Assembly (NCBI GenBank): GCA_011524615.1
Contig: WTJZ01000105.1
Location: 1 to 39,734, forward strand
Direction of reading: 5' to 3'
DNA length: 39,734 nt
DNA from: Akkermansiaceae bacterium
GTDB taxonomy: Bacteria > Verrucomicrobiota > Verrucomicrobiia > Verrucomicrobiales > Akkermansiaceae
This document shows, in pieces, positions 1-7,629 of the stretch. Numbering within the stretch: position 1 is the first letter of the stretch; each line of letters opens with the position of its first letter. Position numbers and translations under genes: made by a program. Below the pieces are notes generated by a model. It was not told the DNA's origin and made no database searches. It was given only the letters and a program-made list of their open reading frames with translations.

Positions 1-654
1 CAAGTCCAGAGTGCCAACGAAATACCGAACACTCTCATTACACATGACCATGGTAATTACCTTATCTCATGGACTGAAAAGTTTAAAAGCGTTCAAATAT
101 TCCACTACATGCGGCAAGGTAAAAATACCAGATCTGCCATTTCTATCCTGTCCGAAACAATTCGATCTCCCCACGATTTTGCGCATGAATATGCAGAGCT
201 ATTGCCCATTACACAAATTATACAGGAGTGTCCACCATACAGCCAAAGTATGCCTACGCGACCTAGACCTAAAAAGAACAACCTATATGAGTATCCTGCA
301 TTCTTAAATGAGTTAAATACACATATAGTAGGTGTAAGTGCCGACATGTGGTTTGGAGAGAGCTTCTGGCAATATGCCTCATGCACGAAAGAAGAATTAA
401 TGAGTCTACCTGAGCTCGTATGTACACAGCACGCTAGTCATCTGCATGTAAAGGCGTGGCCTGAGCCCTTCTCAGAGGCCACTGGGGAACAACTCATTAT
501 CCAGCGCAAGCTCCTCAAGGTCTTGTTCAATATCGACGAACACAACCCTTATGGTAAGGTAGCGACACCCACTAAAGGAGGGCATACCCTACGTAATTCT
601 GTCCTCATCGATGAAAAAGGTAATGTCGCTGACGAACGGACTTCCATAGAGTAA
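1..654 (+). CDS. hypothetical protein, 5'-truncated by the window edge
   Basis: Frame 1 is open from nt 1 (QVQSANEIPNTLITHDHGNYLISW...) into the listed 109..654 ORF and ends at TAA 652-654, so the gene probably starts left of the window. I recognise no motif. Codons are mostly A/T-ending. Hand count gives 264 G+C in nt 1-600 (44%) versus 162 in nt 1201-1500 (54%). Confidence 0.6.
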   Translation, partial: QVQSANEIPNTLITHDHGNYLISWTEKFKSVQIFHYMRQGKNTRSAISILSETIRSPHDFAHEYAELLPITQIIQECPPYSQSMPTRPRPKKNNLYEYPAFLNELNTHIVGVSADMWFGESFWQYASCTKEELMSLPELVCTQHASHLHVKAWPEPFSEATGEQLIIQRKLLKVLFNIDEHNPYGKVATPTKGGHTLRNSVLIDEKGNVADERTSIE

Positions 655-703
655 TCCCGTAGATCATCGCCATGCATGGCAAGTTTGTCAGCGGAGAGTA
701 ACC

Positions 704-2305
704 TTAATGCGCAGTAATGTAGGCACTCACCGCTTCTGCACATTTGACTCCATCCATCGCAGCTGAGACAATACCACCCGCATAGCCAGCCCCCTCTGCA
801 CATGGGAAGAGAGCCTCTACCTCTGGGTGCATGAGCGTCTGATCATCACGCGGGATGCGCACAGGAGAACTCGTTCTCGTCTCAAAGCCGATTAAGAGTG
901 ATTCTTCTGTTTCATACCCTTTCATTTGCTTGCCAAAGAGCTTCAGACCTCTCTGTAGTCGTGAGATGTGTCCAGCAGGTAACATTTGATCGAGTCGTGA
1001 GGGATTACAACCCGGGAAGTAACTGGTCTTTGGTAGATCTTGAGAGATCTTTCCAGCTAGGAAGTCAGTTAGACGCTGTGCGGGAGCTACTTGTCCTCCC
1101 CCGCCGGCCTCTTTGGCGCGACGCTCGATGTCCTTTTGGAACGCGATGCCCGCTAGTACTCCGTGTTCAGCCTGAAACTCTCTCGTATCTTCAGGCTCGA
1201 TGGTAACGACCATTCCGCTGTTTGCAAAGGGAGAATCACGACGAGCGAGAGACATCCCATTCACGACGACCTCATCATTCTCTGTCGCCGCAGGGACAAT
1301 GAACCCTCCAGGACACATGCAGAAGGAGTGCACTCCGCGATTCTCGATCTTGGTCGCTAATCGGTAGCGAGCTGCAGGCAATGCTCTTGGGCGTTCGGTA
1401 CCATTCTCATAGTGATACTGAATACTATCAATGAGAGGTTGCGGGTGCTCGATACGGAACCCGACAGCGAAGGGCTTCTGCTCGAGGAGGATCTGACGCT
1501 CAGCTAAGAGGGCATAGATGTCACGGGCCGAGTGCCCAGTCGCGAGGATCACCGCCTCCCCTCTAAACTCTCGCCCATCAGTTAAGACCACGCCCTTGAT
1601 CTCGCGCCCCTTAGTCTCATCGAGAATGAAGTCGCAGACCTTGGACTGGAAGTGTACCTCCCCACCTGCTGCTAGGATAGACTCACGCATAGACTTCACC
1701 ACATTCGGGAGTAAGTTAGAGCCTACGTGCGGGTGAGCGTCGGTCAGGATTTTAGCAGGAGCGCCATGTGCGACGAGCGTCTCATAGACATCTCTGACGA
1801 TCCCTCGCTTGGTCGCTCTCGTGTAGAGCTTACCATCAGAATACGTTCCCGCGCCACCTTCTCCAAAGCAGTAATTAGAGTCCTCGATCACCGTCCCCTG
1901 TCTTAGGATCGGAGCGAGGTCAAACCGTCTCGCCGAAGCATCCTTACCGCGCTCAATAATGATAGGCTTTAACCCATTACGGAGACAGCTCAGAGCGGCA
2001 AAGATCCCAGCAGGGCCGCATCCGACAATGATAACCTCCTTAGCCCCAGCTGATACGTTAGGAACATTTGCCTCGTAGACGACATCTGCAGGTAACTGAG
2101 CCTTACCTAGCGCGACCTCTAGACGAAGTTGAATCTTGATATCTGGCTTACGCGCATCGATCGAGTGCTTCACTAATCGCATGTCACTGATCGCCGCAGG
2201 AGGGAGCTTGAGCTTACGTGCGACAGCCTTCTTCTGCCTAGCCTCATCCTCTGAGTATTCGAGAGGGAGAACGATATCTACGGTATGAACTGATGATTGA
2301 GCCAC
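704..2305 (-). CDS. FAD-dependent oxidoreductase (COG2509-like uncharacterised FAD-dependent dehydrogenase)
   Basis: 533-aa ORF with a GTG start. It has the Rossmann dinucleotide-binding motif VIIVGCGPAGIFAA. Length and layout match the NAD(P)/FAD-dependent oxidoreductase family. It starts 8 nt downstream of the LysM gene's stop on the same strand. Confidence 0.85.
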   Translation of the reverse strand: MAQSSVHTVDIVLPLEYSEDEARQKKAVARKLKLPPAAISDMRLVKHSIDARKPDIKIQLRLEVALGKAQLPADVVYEANVPNVSAGAKEVIIVGCGPAGIFAALSCLRNGLKPIIIERGKDASARRFDLAPILRQGTVIEDSNYCFGEGGAGTYSDGKLYTRATKRGIVRDVYETLVAHGAPAKILTDAHPHVGSNLLPNVVKSMRESILAAGGEVHFQSKVCDFILDETKGREIKGVVLTDGREFRGEAVILATGHSARDIYALLAERQILLEQKPFAVGFRIEHPQPLIDSIQYHYENGTERPRALPAARYRLATKIENRGVHSFCMCPGGFIVPAATENDEVVVNGMSLARRDSPFANSGMVVTIEPEDTREFQAEHGVLAGIAFQKDIERRAKEAGGGGQVAPAQRLTDFLAGKISQDLPKTSYFPGCNPSRLDQMLPAGHISRLQRGLKLFGKQMKGYETEESLLIGFETRTSSPVRIPRDDQTLMHPEVEALFPCAEGAGYAGGIVSAAMDGVKCAEAVSAYITAH

Positions 2306-2313
2306 GGGATGTA

Positions 2314-2700
2314 TTACGGATTAATGCGGATGAGAGAACCTATGTCGAACACGACTCCTTCGGAGTAGTTCCAACCATTAAGCTCACGGAGGTCGCTCAC
2401 ACTCATATTAAGCTCTGTAGCTAAGTCAAGCAGGCTCAACCTTTCTTTTAAACGTATCACCTTAACTCTATCTAAATTCTCAGGTGCTGGCCTTGCTGGT
2501 GCACTCACCTTGATCTTCTGACCAACATAGATCGCATTGGCGTTCTGGATCTTGTTCCACTCCTGTAGCTGCTTGACCGTCACCCCGTGCTGAGTCGCAA
2601 TCCCTCCTAGAGAATCCCCGGACTGAACCGTATATACCTCAGCCATGGACATCGAACCCATCACTCCACAGAGGAGTATTACTAAAAGAAGTGTGTTCAT
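2314..2700 (-). CDS. secreted LysM domain protein
   Basis: N-terminal signal peptide MNTLLLVILLCGVMGSMSMA. There is a canonical LysM repeat (YTVQSGDSLGGIATQHGVTVKQLQEWNKI...VGQKIKV) and a second, degenerate one (LSLLDLATELNMSVSDLRELNGW). Confidence 0.85.
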   Translation of the reverse strand: MNTLLLVILLCGVMGSMSMAEVYTVQSGDSLGGIATQHGVTVKQLQEWNKIQNANAIYVGQKIKVSAPARPAPENLDRVKVIRLKERLSLLDLATELNMSVSDLRELNGWNYSEGVVFDIGSLIRINP

Positions 2701-2808
2701 AATATTATCAATCTAGACCAATTATCAAAATAGTTGGCCAAATAACAAAAACATTCTTCACAAAATAGTTAACATAACTTAACTACAGTTTATTCCCCCT
2801 TCCCGATC

Positions 2809-3387
2809 ATGCCACTAGTGTTCTTCCTCCTCCTAGCCGTCCAGGCCTTTAGCTTCTCCACAGTGGTCATCGACCCAGGACATGGAGGGAACGATGGTGG
2901 CGCGTATCACAAGGGTGTCAAAGAGGCGGACCTCAACCTCAAGGTCGCTCGTAAGCTCAAGAAGGAACTAGAGCGTAAGGGTATAAAGGTCGTCATGACT
3001 CGCTACAGCGATCAGACCATGAGTATCACGACCAGAGCAAACATTGCTAATCGCTACCCTAACTCGATCCTCGTCAGTATTCATTTCAACGGACACCGCA
3101 GCTCTCAACCAAGAGGGATCGAGACATTCTATGTCAGTAGTACGGGGCGACGCATCGCATCCCAGATCCAATCGCGACTCATCTCCGCCCTGAAGTCCAA
3201 GAACCGAGGCATCAAGTACACGACAGGGCTCTCGCTACTCACTAAGACTAAGGCTCCTGCCGTATTAGTTGAGTGTGGCTTCCTCAGTAACTCTTATGAG
3301 CGTAACCGCTGTAATACCGATTGGTACCAGACGGTAACCGCACGCAAGATCGCAGAAGGCATCGTAGCATATAAAAAATCTCGATAA
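2809..3387 (+). CDS. N-acetylmuramoyl-L-alanine amidase (Amidase_3 family)
   Basis: Signal peptide followed by VVIDPGHGGNDGGA, SIHFNG and LVECGFLSN, which are the characteristic Amidase_3 zinc-site and catalytic segments. It is divergent from the LysM gene. Confidence 0.9.
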   Translation: MPLVFFLLLAVQAFSFSTVVIDPGHGGNDGGAYHKGVKEADLNLKVARKLKKELERKGIKVVMTRYSDQTMSITTRANIANRYPNSILVSIHFNGHRSSQPRGIETFYVSSTGRRIASQIQSRLISALKSKNRGIKYTTGLSLLTKTKAPAVLVECGFLSNSYERNRCNTDWYQTVTARKIAEGIVAYKKSR

Positions 3388-3437
3388 CTCTTGCTTCTGC
3401 TCGACTTATCACGAGATCCCCCGTATCCTCCTCCCCT

Positions 3438-3653
3438 ATGCTGTCAAGAAAGGAGATCGCACAAAAAATCATCAATGCCCCACAAGACTTCAAGATCTGT
3501 GAGGCGTGTGAATCCATCGTCGTGGCAAATGTTGTGCTCTGCCCAAACTGTCACGCCTATCGCTTCAACCAAAACGAAGCCGATATCATCCACCATGCTG
3601 AGATCCTCGGATCACGAGAACAGACCTCTGTGACGGCTGAAGACCTGACATAA
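3438..3653 (+). CDS. small zinc-ribbon protein (hypothetical)
   Basis: 71-aa ORF with an ATG start and two Cys pairs (CEAC ... CPNC). It ends 7 nt before yceD on the same strand, and its codon usage is genome-like. Confidence 0.55.
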   Translation: MLSRKEIAQKIINAPQDFKICEACESIVVANVVLCPNCHAYRFNQNEADIIHHAEILGSREQTSVTAEDLT

Positions 3654-3660
3654 CATCACT

Positions 3661-4152
3661 ATGATTCCTAAGTTAGAAATTATCTTAGCCGAACTCCCAG
3701 AATTCGGTGAACAAATCAAGGGAGAGATCAGTCCTGATATCTTCGAGCTCAATGAGCAACTAGAAGGGAAACCAACGACAGGCCTCATCTACGACCTCAA
3801 TGTGCAACAGTTCGACAGCGAACTCCTCGTGCGTGGGTCGATCCACACCGTCTTCGAGCTCACTTGTGTGCGTACCATCCACCCGTTTACGATGACGATT
3901 CGGATAGACGACTTTGCGACCTCTATCGAAATTTCGGAGGACACCATCGACCTCACCGAACAGCTCCGGGAGGAAATCTTACTCCTCCTCCCCATCTATC
4001 CCGTCTGTGATATGGGCGATGAGGGGATGACCTGTGAAATCGAAGAAAAATATTTAGCGCTGGACAAAGACCAAGAAAGTGATCTAGAAGAGAAACCCGC
4101 TGAATCACAAGATGACCGATGGTCAGCCCTCGATCAGCTTGATAACCTTTAA
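3661..4152 (+). CDS. yceD: YceD/DUF177 family protein (23S rRNA accumulation protein)
   Basis: 163-aa acidic protein in the conserved position immediately upstream of rpmF (12-nt gap). Size and acidic C-terminal tail are typical of DUF177. The usual C-terminal Cys cluster is degenerate here (PVCDMGDEGMTCE). Confidence 0.75.
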   Translation: MIPKLEIILAELPEFGEQIKGEISPDIFELNEQLEGKPTTGLIYDLNVQQFDSELLVRGSIHTVFELTCVRTIHPFTMTIRIDDFATSIEISEDTIDLTEQLREEILLLLPIYPVCDMGDEGMTCEIEEKYLALDKDQESDLEEKPAESQDDRWSALDQLDNL

Positions 4153-4164
4153 CCATACAAAGAC

Positions 4165-4344
4165 ATGGCAGCTCCTAAAAGAAGAACTTCAAAGATGAAA
4201 CAAAAAATGCGTCGTGGTGCTAACCGTTGGCGTCGTCCACAGCTCCAGACTTGTAACGAGTGTGGCGCTAAAACTCCTGGTCACATCGCATGTCCATCAT
4301 GTGGCTCTTACAAAGGTCGTCAGATCCTTGAAGTAGAGCTCTAA
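4165..4344 (+). CDS. rpmF: 50S ribosomal protein L32
   Basis: Not in the ORF track because it is 59 aa. My translation is MAAPKRRTSKMKQKMRRGANRWRRPQLQTCNECGAKTPGHIACPSCGSYKGRQILEVEL. It has the classic L32 N-terminus (AxPKRRTSK) and a CxxC...CxxC zinc ribbon, and ends at TAA 4342-4344. Confidence 0.95.
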   Translation: MAAPKRRTSKMKQKMRRGANRWRRPQLQTCNECGAKTPGHIACPSCGSYKGRQILEVEL

Positions 4345-4388
4345 TACGAGACCATCTCTCATATATGGAGCCTAGCTCCACTTTTATA

Positions 4389-4417
4389 AGCCCCTATTTA
4401 TAGGGGCTGTTTTTGTT
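4389..4417 (+). terminator. rho-independent terminator of yceD-rpmF
   Basis: The stem AGCCCCTA / TAGGGGCT has a 4-nt loop and is followed by GTTTTTGTT. It lies 45 nt after the rpmF stop. Confidence 0.85.
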
Positions 4418-4849
4418 ATCCCTCTCAGTCCAGATAACACCGCCCTTAGCGTTGTTTTCTTGGGGATTAGAGTACGTAACAGTAGCGTTACGATCAGATC
4501 AAAACCCTACCAACTTTTACGTACTGCCGTGAGTCATACTTACCAGCCCCATATGGAGGGAGATCCCTAAGCTTTGGGCTCATCTCCTTACAGGCACTCA
4601 CTTATCCGCCAAAGCTCTGCCCACTCTCGATTAGGTAACACCCCGTTGACTCAGTCCCCCTAACAATAATCCACGCTCAGATCTAGGCCTTCGCACCGCA
4701 TAAAGATAATGAGTACAGGTCCAGCATTCTATAACGCTCAGATATCTCCCCCCCATTAGGACATCGATCATGCCGCTTTGTAATTTAATTAAGATTACCA
4801 AAGGAATATCACGACACGCGCACCTCTTTTTCTAACTTTTTTTGAGCCT

Positions 4850-4888
4850 TTGAAAAATGACAGACCCCGCTCGTAAAACAATGCGGGG
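4850..4888 (-). terminator. probable terminator of the 4945..6114 gene
   Basis: On the minus strand, CCCCGC-(12 nt)-GCGGGG is followed after 7 nt by TTTTT. It lies 56 nt downstream of the stop. The gap between stem and T-run makes it weaker than the other terminators. Confidence 0.5.
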
Positions 4889-4944
4889 CCGAGAAACAAA
4901 TAAATAAAAAGAGAGGGAAGACGAACTCCCCCCTGTAATACAAA

Positions 4945-6114
4945 CTAACCTGCAAAGACAGACTGAATCTCTGAGAGAGAGACTCCAATCAGTTGCTGAG
5001 CCAGTTGATCTAAGACCTCCTCACTCGCGTGGAGGTGGTAAGTCTGTTGCTTATGCGAGAGAGTCTCCTCTGGCTTCAGCGCAGCTGCAGGAGACGAGGT
5101 CTCCAGCTCATAGAATGGTCCTAATGGAGGAGCTCCTGGCTCTGGAGATCCGTCATTATAAGCATTGATCACATCACCAGAGAATGGATCTTCTTGATAC
5201 TCCCACATTGCGTTCACATAGCCATGAGGAGCAGGTTGAGGTGTACACGTGACAATCGTCAAGACCTTGCCATTGGCATCATAACTCGCCGCGATATCAA
5301 GTGAGCGTTCAGGCGTAACCCCGATCTTACCACGACGGGTGCCATCCCCCTTCATGAAGATATGTGAATCCGTCATACGTAGGTAATCATCAGGAATAGC
5401 TCCGAAGTACTTGTCATTCACCTTCTCACCCTCGCCATCCTTGATCGGAATAACGATCGTCGTGGTCGGGGATGGGGCATACATTCCTAGCATCCAGACG
5501 GATGGCATCCCTGTCTCAGGCGTCCACTCCTCATCCCCTTGGTTCGTGATCTGGTTATCCGTTTGGTACGCTACCGCCTGAACGGCATCAGAGAGTGACA
5601 CCTCTAGATTCTTCTCGATTACCTCCTTACTTAACAGATCGACACGACGGGTCAGCCCCATCTTGAAGAGATGCCCACTCTGGTTCACGAGCTCTGCAGA
5701 TTGACGACACAGCGCATGTGAATCCGACTGCTCCAGCACCTCAAATGCGATCGTATCGATAATCGCTGGAGTAAACCAGTTCTCGAACTCAAACTCTGCT
5801 CCCGGGGCAAAGTAATAGGAGAACTGTCCTCCCTCAGGTCCAAGCCAAAATCGCTCTTCCCCACCGAAGACGTGGATCTTCTCTTCTAGCGTTCCCTTAG
5901 CTTCTTCAGGTGATCTTACCCCTCCTGGAATCAGCTTACGGTTAATCCAACCAAAGCTAGGCCCCGCTTGAGCATCATAGGAACTCGTCATCACTCGGCC
6001 CTGCCATGCAGGAGCCACCACTACCGCGGCGCCATCACTATTATGGAGCGTGATCACGTCCGTGTGCTCGGTTAAGAAGGAAACATCGTCAGAAAATGTA
6101 AATGACTCAGACAT
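4945..6114 (-). CDS. conserved hypothetical protein with no signal peptide, function unknown
   Basis: 389-aa ORF with an ATG start and genome-typical codon bias. I can name no motif with confidence (segments WQGRVMTSS, GWINRKLIPGG, GGEERFWLGPEGG). It is co-directional with the sulfatase, 53 nt downstream of it. Confidence 0.8.
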   Translation of the reverse strand: MSESFTFSDDVSFLTEHTDVITLHNSDGAAVVVAPAWQGRVMTSSYDAQAGPSFGWINRKLIPGGVRSPEEAKGTLEEKIHVFGGEERFWLGPEGGQFSYYFAPGAEFEFENWFTPAIIDTIAFEVLEQSDSHALCRQSAELVNQSGHLFKMGLTRRVDLLSKEVIEKNLEVSLSDAVQAVAYQTDNQITNQGDEEWTPETGMPSVWMLGMYAPSPTTTIVIPIKDGEGEKVNDKYFGAIPDDYLRMTDSHIFMKGDGTRRGKIGVTPERSLDIAASYDANGKVLTIVTCTPQPAPHGYVNAMWEYQEDPFSGDVINAYNDGSPEPGAPPLGPFYELETSSPAAALKPEETLSHKQQTYHLHASEEVLDQLAQQLIGVSLSEIQSVFAG

Positions 6115-6167
6115 ATTCCTATAAGGCGAATGACGCCCTCATCTGGCAAGTAGAATCATATCCTGAT

Positions 6168-7586
6168 CTACTTTTTCGCCTGCTTTCTCCCTTTACCATA
6201 GCAGTCACTCCCCAGATCGTCTTGCTCCTCCATGATACGCTTCAACTGAATGAGCAAGCTCTCACAAATGGATGCATACTCCCTGTTGTTTGCTAAATTC
6301 TTCATCTCACCAGGATCAGCATCCAGATCAAATAACTGAAACTCAGGTCGCGTCTCAAACCTCCTGATCATCTCCTCTGCATGAGCGTTATTCTCCTCCT
6401 CTCTCTGCCAAGATTGGAACATCTTCCTCACATGACGATCTTCCATACGATCCTTAAACCCAAACTGAAACCCATTGATCGTCAACGAGACAAATGGATT
6501 CTCTGGAGTCAGTGTCCAGATCAACTTATAGCGACCATCTGTAATGGCGCGTGAGCTAAAGGGAGTGTTAGGAGTCTCCGCATTATTCACAAAGTACGCA
6601 TACTCACGATGCGTCTCCGCCTCACCCCTCAGCACCTTTACTAAGCTCTTCCCATCTAGCCCCTCAGGAACCTCCCCTCCCGCCAACTCTATCAGAGTAG
6701 GGAGCACGTCACAATATTGTGCAATAACGGAGGTTTTCATCGGCTTATTGTAGGTTGAAGGCAGCTTCATCACACAGGCCGACCTTACTCCCCAATCATA
6801 GTTCGTCCACTTCCCTCCAGGCATCCCGATGCCATTCTCATCGAGTACGATTAATACCGTATTCTTATCCAGTCCATGCTTCTGCAACATCGCGCGAGTA
6901 TCCCCAACCTGACGGTCGAATTCTCGCACCTCAGCCAAGTACTCCCTAAAGTATGAACGAGTCTCAGGAGTATCGACCAACGCAGGAGGAAGCACCACAT
7001 CATCGAGCTTCCAGTGAGAACTATCCCCAGCATCCCATGGTGCATGTGCGTGAGTCGATGCTAGTACAAGACAGAATGGCTGTTCCTGGTCACGAGTCAT
7101 AAACTGCTCTACCTGATCCCAATTATCCTTTGCCGGGCCAAAGTGGTTACAGTTCTTTTGAAAGCCTGAGAGGTACTCAAAGTCGTAGACTGATTTAGGA
7201 CGAACATGAACCTTACCCGCGAGTCCCACTCGATATCCCAGTTCACCTAGATGGTGCGTCATACTCTTGGTCCCAGTCTTAGCGGGACGGTGGTTCATGT
7301 AGGTTCCATTATGGAAGGGTCTCAGTCCCGTATACAATTCCGCTCGGGTAGGGGCGCACGTCGCCTGCGCGACAAACATATTGGTAAACTGAACGCCCTC
7401 CGTAGCTAACCGGTCTATATTGGGAGTTGTATTTGGGTTCAGAGATCCATAGCAGCCTATCGTATTAGAACTAATGTCGTCACCCAAAACGATAACAACA
7501 TTAGGTTTCTCAGACTGAGCACCAGCCCAAATCATCTGAGAGAAACAAAGTGAGACAATGTAAGTCAACTTCCTAAAAGCACACAT
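6168..7586 (-). CDS. sulfatase (arylsulfatase A family, Cys-type)
   Basis: Sulfatase signature VVIVLGDDISSN...ATCAPTRAELYTG, containing the C-x-P-x-R formylglycine motif (CAPTR). The ORF track starts at GTG 7625. The ATG at 7586 gives a normal signal peptide (MCAFRKLTYIVSLCFSQMIWAGA), and nt 7587-7629 look like an AT-rich spacer, so I prefer 7586. Confidence 0.9.
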   Translation of the reverse strand: MCAFRKLTYIVSLCFSQMIWAGAQSEKPNVVIVLGDDISSNTIGCYGSLNPNTTPNIDRLATEGVQFTNMFVAQATCAPTRAELYTGLRPFHNGTYMNHRPAKTGTKSMTHHLGELGYRVGLAGKVHVRPKSVYDFEYLSGFQKNCNHFGPAKDNWDQVEQFMTRDQEQPFCLVLASTHAHAPWDAGDSSHWKLDDVVLPPALVDTPETRSYFREYLAEVREFDRQVGDTRAMLQKHGLDKNTVLIVLDENGIGMPGGKWTNYDWGVRSACVMKLPSTYNKPMKTSVIAQYCDVLPTLIELAGGEVPEGLDGKSLVKVLRGEAETHREYAYFVNNAETPNTPFSSRAITDGRYKLIWTLTPENPFVSLTINGFQFGFKDRMEDRHVRKMFQSWQREEENNAHAEEMIRRFETRPEFQLFDLDADPGEMKNLANNREYASICESLLIQLKRIMEEQDDLGSDCYGKGRKQAKK

Positions 7587-7629
7587 AATATACAGATATA
7601 CGCAATTAGAAAGACAATCTAACACCGCA

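Noticed and set aside
669-680. The perfect palindrome GCCATGCATGGC between the convergent first gene and the FAD-oxidoreductase gene.
   Set aside because: It is too short (a 4-bp stem if folded) and lacks a T-run, so it cannot be called a terminator or operator.
4418-4849. I considered whether the long spacer is RNase P RNA, tmRNA, SRP RNA or a tRNA.
   Set aside because: On either strand I found no GAGGAAAGUCC-type P4 sequence, no tmRNA tag ORF with a tRNA-like 3' end, and no SRP GGAAGGAAGCAGC-like domain IV motif. The region is kept as an unexplained finding, not called as a known RNA.
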